Origin: Centroscyllium fabricii
Taxonomy: Eukaryota
Reading direction: 5' to 3'
NCBI GenBank assembly: GCA_051313645.2
Contig: JBNRSN020000004.1
Coordinates: 336,784,001-336,848,000, forward strand
Length of the DNA: 64,000 bases
Each line of letters opens with the position of its first letter. Position 1 is the stretch's first letter. This document shows, piece by piece, positions 38,473 through 50,663 of this stretch. Made by a program: the position numbers and the translations under genes. The notes beneath the pieces are model-generated. The model did no database searches. It saw nothing but the letters and a program-made list of their open reading frames with translations, and was not told the DNA's origin.

Positions 38473-38877
38473 AACATAGAACATAGAAACTAGGAGCAGG
38501 AGTAGGCCATTCAGCCCTTCGAGCCTGCTCCGCCATTCAATGAGATCATGGCTGATCATCCAAACCCAGTACCCCACCCCTGCCCTCTCCCCATATCCCT
38601 CGATCCCTATCAAGCCTGCACCGACACATATCCCACCCTATCCCCGTAACCCCACATATTCAATCGCCCTAACACTAAGGGTCAATTTATCCTGGCCAAT
38701 CAACCTAACCCGCACATCTTTGGACTGTGGGAGGAAACCGGAGCACCCGGAGGAAACCCACGCAGACACGGGGAGAATGTGCAAACTCCACACAGATAGT
38801 ACCCGAGGCTGGATTTGAACCCGGGTCTCCAGTGCTGTGAGACAACAGTGCTAACCGCTGTGCCACCGTGCCGCCCT
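38473..38877 (-). mobile_element. HE1-type V-SINE, full length
   Basis: Reverse complement of the 23114-23514 type. Confidence 0.9.
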
Positions 38878-39339
38878 ATGTTTGTGTCGAGGCATTAGAA
38901 TCGTCCATCAACAATTGCTATAATGTGTGAGCAGCCACTTTAATTACCCTGATCGTATCGCTGCTGTCAATCATGGTCATCTGTCTGGAATTAAAGATGT
39001 CCCTAATCAGTTGTGTAAGGTACAATTCCAGTTGACTAAATCTGAATATTTGGGGCCCAAACACCTGGGGGCCTTTGATCCTGGTGTGAGTGGCAAGATC
39101 CGCCCACCAGGAACCGCAGGGTCAGGGGGAGGTTCCCTGTTTCCGGTGTTTCTGCCGGTCACCTGCTCCAGTAGGGGAGCACTTCAGATGCTGACCATAG
39201 CGGGGTTGGGGGGAGGGGTGTTAGGGGGGGAAAGGTGGCTCTGAGCAGCCGTTCACCTTTATGGCGGCAGCACAGTCCCAACTTGCAACATTAGAAGGGG
39301 CTAGCCGGCTCTCCTTTGTGCTGGCCATGTTCATCACAG

Positions 39340-39494
39340 CTCCTCCAATTCTGGCCTCTTGCACATCCCCGATTTTCATCGCACCCACCGTTGGCTACTG
39401 TGCCTTCCGGTGCCTAGGCCCTAAGCTCTGGAATTCCCTTCCTAAACCTTTCCGACTCTCCAACTCTCTCTTCCCCTTTAAGATCTTCCTTAAA
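39340..39494 (+). mobile_element. L2-type LINE 3' end, left part; continues at 40645-40790
   Basis: AFRCLGPKLWNSLP motif; homologous to 5735-5860. Confidence 0.65.
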
Positions 39495-40639
39495 TGCAAA
39501 GTTACAGCACACAGGATTGGGGGTAAGGTACTGTCTTGGATAGAGAACTGGTTGGCAGACAGGAAGCAAAGAGTTGGAATAAATGCCTCTTTTTCCGAGT
39601 GGCAGACAGTGACTAGTGGGGTACCGAAAGGATCGGTCCTTGGACCCCAGCTATTCGCAACATATATTAATGATCTAGACGAGGGAACTAGATGTAATAT
39701 CTCCAAGTTTGCAGATGACACAAGGCTGGCTGGGCACATGTGCTGTGAGGAGGATGCAGAGAAACGCCAGTATGATTTGGACAGGTTGGGCGATTGGGCA
39801 GATGAATGGCAAATGCAGTATAATGTGGATAAATGCGAGGTTATCCACTTTGGTGGCAAAAACAGGAAGACAGATTATTATCTGAAAGGTAATAGATTGG
39901 GAAAAGGGGAAGTGCAAAGAGACCTGGGCGTCCTTGTGCACCAGTCACTGAAGGTAAGCATGCAGGTGCAACAGGCAGTTAAGAAGTCAAATGGTATGTT
40001 GGCCTTCATAGCGAAAAGATTTGAGTACAGGAGCAAGGATGTCTTGCTGCAGTTGTACAGGGCCTTGGTGAGACCACACCTTGAGTATTGTGTGCAGTTT
40101 TGGTCGCCTTATCTGAGGAAGGATGTTCTTGCCATGGAGAGAGTGCAGCGAAGATTCACCAGGCTGATACCTGGGATGGCAGGAATGACGTATGAGGAGA
40201 GATTGGGTTGATTAGGCTTATATTTGCTTGAGTTTAGAAGAATGAGAGGGGATCTCATTGAAACTTATAAAATTCTAACAGGACAAGAGAGACTAGATGC
40301 AGAAAGGATGTTCCTGATGGTCGGGGAGTCCAGAACCAGGGGTCACAGTCTAAGGATAAGGGGTAAGCCATCTAGGACTGAGATGAGGAGGAATTTCTTC
40401 ACCCAGAGAGTGGTGAACCTGTGGAATCCTCTGTCACAGAATATAGTTGAGGCCAATTCATTAAATAATTTCAAGAAGGAGTTAGATATATTTCTTAAGG
40501 ATAAAGGCATCAAGGGATATGGGGAGAAAACAGGGACAGGGTATTGAATTTGGATGATCAGCCATGATCTCATTAAATGGCAGAACAGGCTTGAGGGGCC
40601 GAATGGCCTACTCCTGCTCCTATTTTCTATGTTTCTATA
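39495..40639 (+). mobile_element. 5'-truncated CR1 (HER1-type) LINE with the RT C-terminal half
   Basis: SGVPKGSVLGP, FADD, LVRPHLEYCVQFWSP; one stop at 40209-40211; apparent TSD TTAAA (39490-39494, 40640-40644). Confidence 0.92.
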
Positions 40640-41462
40640 TTAAACCTACCTCTTTGTCCCAAGCATTTGTTCACCTATCCTAATATCTCCTTATGTTGCT
40701 CGATGTAAATTTTTGTCTGATAATGTTCCTGTGAAGCACCTTGAGATATTTTACTATGTTGAAGGTGCTAAATAAATGCAAGTTGTTGAAGTTTTTGTTA
40801 TCCAGGCCCCAGGTGGGCTGCACAATATGCCTTCCTGTACCTGTCAAACTAGCTGGCTGATGAAGCCAAGGAGAATCACAACCTGGAAATCCCACCTCCC
40901 TACCACATCCCATTGATGGAGGGGGCTATGTTTAGGGCGGATGGAGGTTCCCCTTTGCAAGGCCTGATGGATACTAATAGCAGGGGCCAGGACCTAGATA
41001 CACTAGGATACACCAGTCCTGGCCTAATTCACAAGCCTTCTGCTGGGCTCTCAGACAGTTTAGAGTGGGAGTGTATTGGAAGGGCTGCAGGTTTCTTCGG
41101 GACCAAAGTTACAATAGTATTTGTGAAATATTGGACTGTTAGATCTGACAGACATACTCATGTATATTTAAATCTGTTTCTGAATCCAGCTCCATTTTAG
41201 TTCCAATTGGAGATTGTTTCAACAAACGTTTTAAATCCAAGAAGCGATCTGCTGGCAGATTAGCCAGACATCCCAACAGGTGCAGAGGATCATACACCCG
41301 AGTACATGGTTGGTGAATCTTGAGACCTTTGAGAGTAGCAGACAGCGTTTGTTTTGTCAAAACATGAAGAAAGGAACTTAGCTTCAGTTTATGAAGATCT
41401 CAGGATATCCAAATGTAAGAAGTCACACAACGCCAGTTTATAGTCCAACAGTTTTATTTGAA

Positions 41463-41501
41463 ATCACAAGCTTTCGGAGCGCTGCTCCTTCATCAGGTGA
41501 A
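41463..41501 (-). ncRNA. Minimal type I hammerhead ribozyme motif (inverted copy)
   Basis: Minus strand TCAC-CTGATGA-A-GGAGC-AGC-GCTCC-GAAA-G-CTT-GTGA. Confidence 0.75.
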
Positions 41502-41844
41502 GTGAAGAGATGCATATAGGCACAGCATATATAGTCAGAAAACAATGCTAGATGACCTGCTGTGATTTCCAGCAAAAAAATAATTTCATTTTTTATTGTT
41601 TTTTGTTTGCTTTTTGTTTTTCATACAGACCCCATCATCTGCAACATTTGACCCCTTGTGACCCCACCTCATTGTTCTTTGATGGAATGTTTTCCTGACT
41701 GACCTGTTTGGACATCATTTACAACTTTGATTGCTGTGATTATCTCTCTGCCGAGGTGTGATAAAGGGCAGTTCGAAAAATTACCTGTAATTATCTAGCA
41801 TTGTTCTCTGACTTTATATGTTGTGCCTATGTGCATCTCTTCAC

Positions 41845-41883
41845 TTCACCTGACGAAGGAGCAGCGCTCCGAAAGCTTGTGAT
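41845..41883 (+). ncRNA. Minimal type I hammerhead ribozyme motif
   Basis: TCAC-CTGACGA-A-GGAGC-AGC-GCTCC-GAAA-G-CTT-GTGA: stem I TCAC/GTGA, stem II GGAGC/GCTCC, palindromic stem III AAGCTT. Confidence 0.75.
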
Positions 41884-42089
41884 TTCAGATAAAACTGTTG
41901 GACTATAACCTGGTGTTGTGCGACTTCTTACATTTGTCCACCCCAGTCCAACACCGGCATCTCCACATCAGGATATCCAGTGATCTCCCCACGTCACAGC
42001 TTGACGCGACGGTGAAGTTACAAGTGGTTCAAGGACCGGCCCTGTGAGAAGACACTGCGTTTGATGTTAGACCTGACTCTGGAATTATA

Positions 42090-42372
42090 CTGCCACCACC
42101 TCAAAGGACAAGAGCAGCAGACGCATGGGAACACCATCACCTTCAAGTTCCCCTCAAAGTTACATACCATCCTGTCTTGGACATATATCGCCATTCCTTC
42201 ATTGTCGCTGGATCAAAATCCTGGAATTCTCCAGCACTATGTGCGCACCTTCACCACACGGAACAGTTCAAGAAAAAGGCCCATCACCACCTTCTCAAAG
42301 GCATCTGGGGAAGGCCAATAAATGCTGACCTTGCCAGCGATGCCTGCAACCCAACTAATTACTTTAAAAAAA
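42090..42372 (+). mobile_element. LINE 3' fragment, same family as 27575-28128
   Basis: Homologous to 27833-28128. Confidence 0.7.
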
Positions 42373-42808
42373 TCAATACAGAGGCAAAGGGGAAAATTGG
42401 CTCTTGTAATACCTGATGAGTATAGCACTTCCCTGTGGAGGCTGGCACTGACATGGGAACTTCAGCTGATGAAGTTTTCAAGAAGTAAGTGCAATAATTT
42501 AAGTAAATTCAATTGTATTCATTTAGCAAAACCTAACGCATTCTGGCAGAATGCTTGAAGCAATAATAAGTTTGTCCTTTGCACACATAAAATTTTCACT
42601 TTGGGATAAGTGGTCACTTAGCAAATTGTCAAATTAAACCAACCTATGATGCAAATGGCACAATATATCTAAATAAAGGCCTACAGTAATTGTAAGTTGG
42701 AGCTGCACTTTAAGACCCGATATCCCTGGGCTGTAAAGCTGATATCCCGCCTAAAGTCAATTAGCACAAATGGCCACAAGTTTAATAAAATACAAGGACA
42801 AGTCTAAC

Positions 42809-42971
42809 CACAGCAGAGCTGAGCTGAGTTTACAGCTATCAGCTTCTGCCATGTACTGATATACTCAGCAACATTTTCAAAAACTGGCATGCCCCAAGGC
42901 ACAGAATTCTGTTTACTTGAACTTGGGGTATGCAGTTTCGAAACTGCCGGAGGACATGTAGGCCGTGCAGC
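42809..42971 (-). other. Candidate host coding exon (163 bp)
   Basis: Minus strand TACTAAC branch point (42998-42992), pyrimidine tract, AG, stop-free frame AARPTCPP...PVFENVAEYISTWQKLIAVNSAQLCC, donor G/GTTAGA; lies in apparently unique sequence. Confidence 0.4.
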
Positions 42972-43549
42972 CTTAAGAAAATGAAAAGATTGTTAGTAAT
43001 AAAAAGGTATTTCTTCCCACTGTTGGAATAGTGCTCCACATATCTGTTGCTGGCATATTATGGAGCTTCACAGAGGTGCATTGTAACCATATTTGTAGCT
43101 ACAATAATTCATCATTATTGTTAAAATGTAAAGTAAAATCTAATACAGTTGCAGAAAACCAAGTTAACATGTCATTTGCGTATCATTACATTGAATGTGC
43201 AGCATCGAAACAGGCTATTCATCCCAAATGGTCCACAAGAGCCTCCACAAGAGCCTCCTCCCACCCCTCATCATCTAACCCTGTCAGCATAACCATCCAT
43301 TCCTTGCTCCCTCATGTACCTATCTAGCTTCCCATTAAATGCATCTATGCTGTACGCCTCAACAATCCTTGAAATTCAGTAAGACTGCAAAGTGCTGTAT
43401 ACAGGGATAAGAATTGATGAGATGCATGTCAGCTCCTTTTCGCATTAAACTTTGCGAAGCCAGCTGTAAGCATTTATTATTTAAGTATATATGGTTATAA
43501 TTCCCAAAATGCTTTGTATTAAGCCTGAAGTTTCCTGATTACAAGCATT

Positions 43550-45553
43550 GGCCGAGAAATTCGTGGCCGCCATGAAAAGTTGCTGGTTAGCGGCCGCTGA
43601 AAATGGCCGCAGTGGCAGGAGAGAAAAATTTGCATTGGGGACTAACGATCTTTAGCCCAGCGCTAACTGACTGTGTAACGCCTGCCTGGTGGCGTTAGTG
43701 CAGGCATCGGTAGCGAAGTTGGTGTCCAGAACCGGCGTTCCAGCTTCCAGCCTCTGGAAGTGAGGCAAAAGAGATCACCTGGCATTGTTGGACATTAAAA
43801 GGGCAATGCCTTCTGGAATGAAAAATAAAAATGAAGTAAAAGATGCAGTTTTCAGCCCTTACTGCCTTTAAAAAAAAGTAATATTAAAAAGAAGTCCCAA
43901 ATGGGAGTATACTCTTTCACACCTCAAAAAATGTGAAAAGTGCTTCAACACTAAAATAAATGGCTCAGCAAGCCAGGGAAGGGGCAACCAAGGTCTTGCA
44001 TGCAACACTCCAGCTTTGTGCAGGGGGTCAACATTGCAAGAGAGGTCCTCTACCCACAGGGGCCAGGAGGCCCTCCAGATAGAAGGATGTGGGACCACAT
44101 CACAGAGCCCGTCACTGCCGGCTGTGTCGCACCCCACCATCTGGCTCCAGTGCCCAAAGAAGCTTCATGACCTCAGACCACTGGTCAAGGTCAGTGAATG
44201 CATCTTCAAAATCCCTCTCCTACCAACTGCACCACTTGCATTACACACTTCTCAATGCACGACCACGACCACGACACCGCCTCCTCCCAATCACTCACCT
44301 ACCATCAATCTGCACCAATCACGAGGCACATCTCCCATTCCTAGCTTCATCTCACCCCCTTGGAGGAGATGGTGCAGGTCATTCTTGGCAGGGGCATGGC
44401 GGAGCCATTGGCCAGCGGCAGGGCATAAAGGATATAAGATGCTCGTATCTGTGGTAAAACTGTATTTCACAACTGTAATGGTACCATAATGCACCACTGT
44501 ACATATGTAGATATCGGTGTACAGGAGCCTGCCTCAGCTGACCCACCTCTGACTCCTCCCCTGAGTCCAGGTATATAGGTAGTTGCCTACCATCCCCCGG
44601 TCAGTACAGACCCAAGCTCAGCTGAGACACGCTCCATTCTATAGTTAATAAAAGCCTTTTGTTGAGGTAACTATTTGTCTTTGTGTCTTAATTGACGATA
44701 CGTCAGTATCCTCATACGTTATCCTCCTTCTCACATGTGTTTTATTGTCAGAAATAATTGTCAGTGTGGCCCGTCAGTATCAGACCACTTCAAACCCAGA
44801 AATTGGGCTTTGAACACGTGAGTACGGATGGGGTACTCACCCGTAGGCCATTCAAAAGTGCCGGTTTCGTGCATGCACTGTGCATGCGCAGGAAACCGGC
44901 ACTTCCGTTCCCTGAACTAAGGGGTTATGCGGTGAAGCGCGTGCGCAGGAGCGGCAGCGCGTGCGTACTGCACTTACGCTTTTTTTTCAGGATTTCCTGT
45001 CCAGGTAAGTGAGAAAATGTTGGACATGAAAAAAAGCAGCCGTGAGGCCTGCTTTTAACAAGGTAAGTGCTGAATTCATTCAAATTAAAACATTTTTTCC
45101 ACGGGTTGATTATTTTGAAATACTCTAAAGAATGGTAAGTTTATTTTTAACCCCGCCAGGAAAAATAATTATTTTTTTCAAAATTTTTAATTATTGTTTA
45201 AAACAGTTATTTCATGTAATTTACAGTTATTTTAAAAATGTGATTAAAAAAAAAATTATTTGAAGTTTCAGTGATGTTTTGGGGCTTGTAGTTTTCATAG
45301 TTTTGACAGCCCTACCTGTCAAACTTATGAATGGAGCATTCTTGCTCCGATTGGCTCTCCATGGCCCACGTGATCCCAGAGGACGCATCACACTAACTGC
45401 GCTGCTGGGATACGCAAGCACTGCGCGCCAGCAGTTGGAGGAGGCCCAGGATCGGAATTTCACGCGGGCCAACATCTCAATGGCTGGCGCGCAAGTTAAG
45501 TGCAGGTTGGAGGCTTACACCCGCGGGAAGCATCCAACCCGAATTCTTGGGCT
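43550..45553. mobile_element. PIF/Harbinger-derived element or composite with a Myb/SANT ORF remnant
   Basis: TIR GGCCGAGAAATTCG / CGAATTCTTGGGCT; TSD ATT; WLQCPKKLHDL at about 44142-44174 resembles the trihelix QCxKKxxDL motif. Confidence 0.5.
44450..44705 (+). mobile_element. Solo LTR of the 47-62 kb Gypsy lineage
   Basis: TGTGGTAA...AATTGACGATACGTCA; 5-bp TSD GTATC. Confidence 0.9.
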
Positions 45554-45999
45554 ATTATGTGATGAAATTCACCCAAGAGAATGTATTATTATGAAGTCGT
45601 TACTTGAAGTTTTTTGAGAAAGAATTGGCATGTATTAGAAATTTTTATATCCGGTATATTCTAATCATACATACCACTAATGTGGGTATTCCCACCTTGG
45701 AGTCAGAAGATGAAGGCTTCAAACCCCACTCCAGACAGTTCCAGTGAGTGGAGACCTGAGCTCCAGCTCTGAATAATGGACTGACGTTCAGATAAAGAAC
45801 CCCCACACCCAATGGTAGGTGGGGTCCTTAACCTTGGTTACAGTCCACCGAAGAGAAGATATAACAAAGTTAAAAACCAAAGATAACGGGAAACCACCTC
45901 AGCCACTCTTCCCTATTAAATGGCTCCACCCTCTCATGTGTGAAACTCAATTTAGGACCGGCCCTGGGATGGACCACTAATGCTAAACCTGATCCTATA

Positions 46000-46299
46000 T
46001 GACGTATCGTCAATAATCTAATAAAACTAAAGACGAGTAGTTACCTTGACTCAAGGCTTTTATTAGCTTACAATGGAGCTACGCTCCGATCGAACATCAG
46101 GTACAGAATGAATGGGGGCCGGTCAGTCCCCACCTATAAGGCACTCACCTGAGGGGAGGAGTTAGAGGTGTGGCTGACCTGGCCCCACGACAGTGTCGCA
46201 ACACAGGACAGTTGCATCATGCACCCGACCGCTATACATACAGATAATATTGTATACAATATTATGGTGGTAATTACTGTATATACAACGGTTACCACA
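46000..46299 (-). mobile_element. Solo LTR of the 47-62 kb Gypsy lineage
   Basis: Reverse complement closely matches 38177-38467 and 50350-50639; TSD CTATA/CTGTA. Confidence 0.9.
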
Positions 46300-46649
46300 C
46301 TGTAGACATAGGAGTGACCACAGTACCCAACTTGCAAATTCATTGAAAACCATAATTTTTGGTACACGCAGTAGTTAGAAATGAATCTTCTGACTGTATC
46401 CTCTGAATTTTAAACTCAAACAAAGTGGAGTTCACCAGGAACTCAGTGAATGAATGTTGTAGCATTGCAAGATTCATCAACATATTTCAAACCATTCCTA
46501 GATTAATTTGTTAAATGACATGGGTCTGATGCACCTAACGACTTATATAATACATCTGATTCAGTTGTGGAAACTGAAACCATCACTCTGCACTTATTGA
46601 AAGGGTTTATCAGAAGAATTGCTATCAGTGTCAGTAAGCAATATCAGCA

Positions 46650-46752
46650 ATGTTCTGTAGAAGGGTTTTGATCCGAAACCTTGACTCTATTTCTCTCTCC
46701 ATGGGTGTTGCCTGGCCTGCTGAGTTTTTCCAGCATTTTCTGTTGTTATTAA
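46650..46752 (+). repeat. Degenerate Penelope-like hammerhead repeat
   Basis: CTGTAGA-AGGGTTTTGATCC-GAAA followed by the shared TTTCTCTCTCC...CCTGCTGAGTTTTTCCAGC segment. Confidence 0.55.
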
Positions 46753-47332
46753 TGATCTCCATATGGACAGTTTCATCATCATACGCTCATCATGCAGTAT
46801 GGCTGCTCTACTATAGCCACAACTGAACAGACATTTGCTGGACTCCCATTACCTACCAATTGCAAAATAATATGCAGAGGACTTTACACAGGTTATTCAA
46901 AATCTGGAAACAATTATCATGCTGGGAGAACCTAATAATAGTCCCAAGTTATCCTCTGAAGCTAACTTATCAGCAATCCATTTTATAATTGTCTCTTTCT
47001 ACATTATATCAGCAGCATTCTTAAAAAAATTGGTATGTCTGCAAACAGTCTTTTATGAAGATTGTGGTAAACCATTTAGTGTAGTTCACACTGTGTTATT
47101 ATTGTATATAGTTTGTGCTAATAAAGTTGTTCCTTTCTGTAAGGACCTGGACCAGCTGACCCCGCCTCCGGGTATGAGTATAAAGGAGGATGCTCCACCC
47201 ACCTGACTCTCATTCCGGGCGGGACTCATCGCGGACCAGGTCTTGTTCTTAGCGAATAAAAGCCTTTGATTATGATTCACCAAAGACTGGCGTAATTGAT
47301 TAGCGCATCAATTTTATTCGCTGAGATTTACA

Positions 47333-50300
47333 ATGGGTGATGAGCAAGGACAGAGCCAACAGCCAGCTGCACCAGACAACAGGAAATCGATCCTCAAGCC
47401 GAAGACTCTCGACCTCAAACCCCAGGCACCGAACGCTTTGAACGATTTCGAGCACTGGCTGAGCTGCTTCGAGTCGTTTCTGGTGGTGGCCGGAGTCAGC
47501 GATACGCACAGGAGACGGGTCCTAGTCTCCTGCGTCAGTGGCAGGGTCTATGCAATCATCAAGAACACCACTGACTATGATGCAGTGTTGGAGCTGCTGA
47601 GGGCTCGGTACCTCCAGCCTGTCAACGCCATCTACACTCGCCATCTACTCGCCACGCGGAGACAACAGCCTGGTGAGTCGAACGAGGAGTGTCTGGAGGC
47701 TCTTCAGGCTCTCGCTCTGCGCTGCGAATGTGCACCCGTTAACGCCCAGGAGCACATGGACCTCCTCGTCCACGATGCCTACATGGCAGGAATCCGATCG
47801 TACCAGCGCGCACCCGCTTGCTCGAGCAGGATAATTTGTCCCTGAACCAGGCGGTGAAGCTCTCCAATGCGGTGGATGGGGCCCTCCGCAGCCTGGATTC
47901 GTACACGGGGTACGGCTCCCACACAGTTTCCCCAGGGCCTTGGGACTCGCGTTTAATGGCCTCGACGGCAACCGTGGCAGCCACGGCGCCATCCAGACAG
48001 CCAGCGCCCCTGAAATGCCATTTTTGTGGCCAAAAATGCCACCCACGAAGCTCCTGCCCAGCGAAGTCGGCATCCTGCTCCAGGAATCTGCTAAGAAAAC
48101 GGCAGCAGCCTGCGATCTCTACGCCACAGAGTGGCCTCAAGTACCTGGCGCCACCCAACAGCGTTTTTCTAATAAACTATTACTTACCTTGCCTCGGGTG
48201 CGGCCTGCCAGCGCCATTTCCCGCGTTCTGCCATCTTCCTCTAAAGTTAAAACGTGGGCGCTGTCTCCATCTTTGGGGGCGCGGCCTTCTTCATGGCTGG
48301 AATGGCGCGAACGGGCGGCAGAGGGCCCGCCCCATCATGTGACGCCGCCATCTCCCCGCGTCACGTCAGCAGCGGTCCACCCCATCATGTGACGACGACC
48401 GAACGGGCGGCAGAGGCCCCGCCCCATCACGTCACGCCGCCATCTCTCCACGTCACGGCAGCAGCGGTTCCCCCCATCACGTGACACCGCCATCTGATCG
48501 CGTCACAGCATCAGCGGTCCCGCCCCATCACGTGACAACGCCATCTTGGTGCAGGACGGCCTGCATACCTACAGCGGAGGGCCTGACGCCATCTTTGCAT
48601 AGGAAGATTTTTAAAGCACAGGCTGCTGCAACAACTAGTAACTTTAAATCAACCTCTGTGGTCCTGGCAGCTGCAACAGACTACTCCAGACCACTTCAGC
48701 ATCCGGGCGCTGCTGCTGCGCCGCGAGCCCTTCGGTCTTCCCGACGGCATTCTCGGAGACTCACCCACCGGTCCGAAACACCAACATGGCCCGCCGCGTG
48801 CGAATCACAGGCGCCGCCACCAACCGCGGACCCTGCATCGCACAAGGGCCCCAGCGCGCACACCACACTTGCCTCTACGGCCCCGAACCCATCTCTTACT
48901 TTATCAACAATGACCACCCGGGTGGAGGGGCACCTCACCCGCTGTCTGTTCGACACTGGGAGTACGGAGAGCTTTATACACCCTGATACAGTGCGCCGTT
49001 ATTCCCTCAGGGTTAGGCCCACGCATCGTAAAATCTCCCTCGCCTCCGAGTCCCAGACTGTGGACGTCATCGGCTGCTGTACAGTCACCATTACCGTGAT
49101 GGGGACGACATACCGCAACTTTCCAATGTACGTCCTCCCACAGCTCTGTGCCCCTATGTTTTTGGCCTGGATTTCCAGTGCCATCTGCAGAGCTTAACAA
49201 TGGCGTACAGTGGTCCCCTGCCTCCTCTCATGGTCAGCAGCCACGACTGCCCTGCCTCACAACCACACTCCTCTTGCGGTCTGTCTACCTTGAAGATAGA
49301 CCCCTCCTCGCTGTTCGCCAACCTTGACCCTGACTGCAAGCCCATTGCAACCAAGAGTCGACGATACAGCGCGGGGGACCACACCTTTATTAAGGCAGAG
49401 GTTGCCCGGTTGTTGCGGGAGGGCATCATCGAGGCCAGTAACAGCCCGTGGCGGGCCCAGGTGGTGGTGGTTAAGTCGGGCAACAAACAGCGCATGGTCA
49501 TTGACGATAGTCAGACCATTAACCGCTACACTGGGCTCGACGCTTATCCGCTTCCTAGGATAAATGATATGGTCAACCAGATTGCCCAGTATAAGGTCTT
49601 CTCCACCATCGACCTTAAGTCGGCCTATCACCAGCTCCCCATCAGAGCTGAGGACCGTAAATACACTGCCTTTGAGGCAAATGGGCGCCTTTTTCACTTC
49701 CTCCGGGTCCCCTTTGGGGTTACCAATGGAGTTTCGGTCTTCCAACGGGAGATGGACAGAATGGTTGACCAGTACCATTTGCAGGCCACATTCCCGTATT
49801 TGGACAATGTCACGATCTGTGGCCATGATCAGCAAGATCATGATGCCAATTTGGACAGGTTTCTCCGTATGGCCCAGCGTCTGAACCTCACTTACAATGA
49901 GGATAAGTGTGTGTTCAACACTAACCGGTTGGCTATCCTCAGCTACGTAATTGAGAACGGGGTCCTCGGTCCTGATCCCGAACGTATGCGCCCCCTTCAG
50001 GAGCTGCCTCTGCCGCACTCCCCCAAATCTTTGAGGAGATGCCTGGGGTTTTTCTCGTATTATGCACAATGGGTTCCCCATTATGCTGATAAGGCCCGGC
50101 CTCTCCTCAGAGCTACCTCATTCCCGCTCCCATTAGAGGCCCAAATTGCATTTTCACATATTAAGCAGGACATCATCAAGGCAACCATGCACGCTATTGA
50201 TGAGTCTCTCCCCTTCCAGGTCGAAAGCGACGCCTCAGAATTCGCCCTGGCCGCCACCCTCAACCAGGCAGGCAGGCCCGTTGCTTTCTTCTCCCGTACC

Positions 50301-50349
50301 CTACAGGGCCCTGAAGTCCGCCACTCTTCAGTGGAAAAAGAGGCCCATG
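47333..50349 (+). pseudogene. gag-pol: gag-protease-RT-RNase H (5' part) of element A
   Basis: ORFs starting at 47333, 47818, 48481 and 49200; CHFCGQKCHPRSSC, CLFDTGS, FPYLDN, SDAS. Confidence 0.88.
48310..48552 (+). repeat. Imperfect about 48-60-bp tandem repeat in the gag-protease linker
   Basis: Recurring CCCCATCA(C/T)GTGAC.CCGCCATCT. Confidence 0.75.
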
Positions 50350-50663
50350 TGTGGTAACCATATATATGTATATAAATTACCACTGTAATATTGGTGCCAA
50401 TATTACCACTGTACATAGCGGTCGGGTGCATAAGATGTTGCGACACTGTCGTGGGGCCAGGTCAGCCACACCTCTAACTCCTCCCCCAGGTGAGGCCCTT
50501 TATAGGTGAGGACTGACCGGACCCGTTCATTCTGTACCTGTTGTTCGTTCGGAGTATAGCTCCTATGTAAGTCAATAAAAGCCTGTAGTTAAGGTCACTA
50601 CTCGTCTTTGGCTTTATTGAGTTAATTGACGATACGTCAGTTTTATTGACTTAAAAATTCGAA

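Larger units (their letters stand above)
41411..41967 (+). mobile_element. Penelope-like non-autonomous insertion with inverted terminal repeats
   Basis: 41411-41553 is an inverted copy of 41793-41935; flanked by the 12-bp direct repeat TCAGGATATCCA (41400-41411, 41968-41979). Confidence 0.75.

Noticed and set aside
39261-40211. 316-aa ORF as a host gene
   Set aside because: It is a chance fusion of an L2 tail with a 5'-truncated CR1 RT; the junction is at the TTAAA duplication
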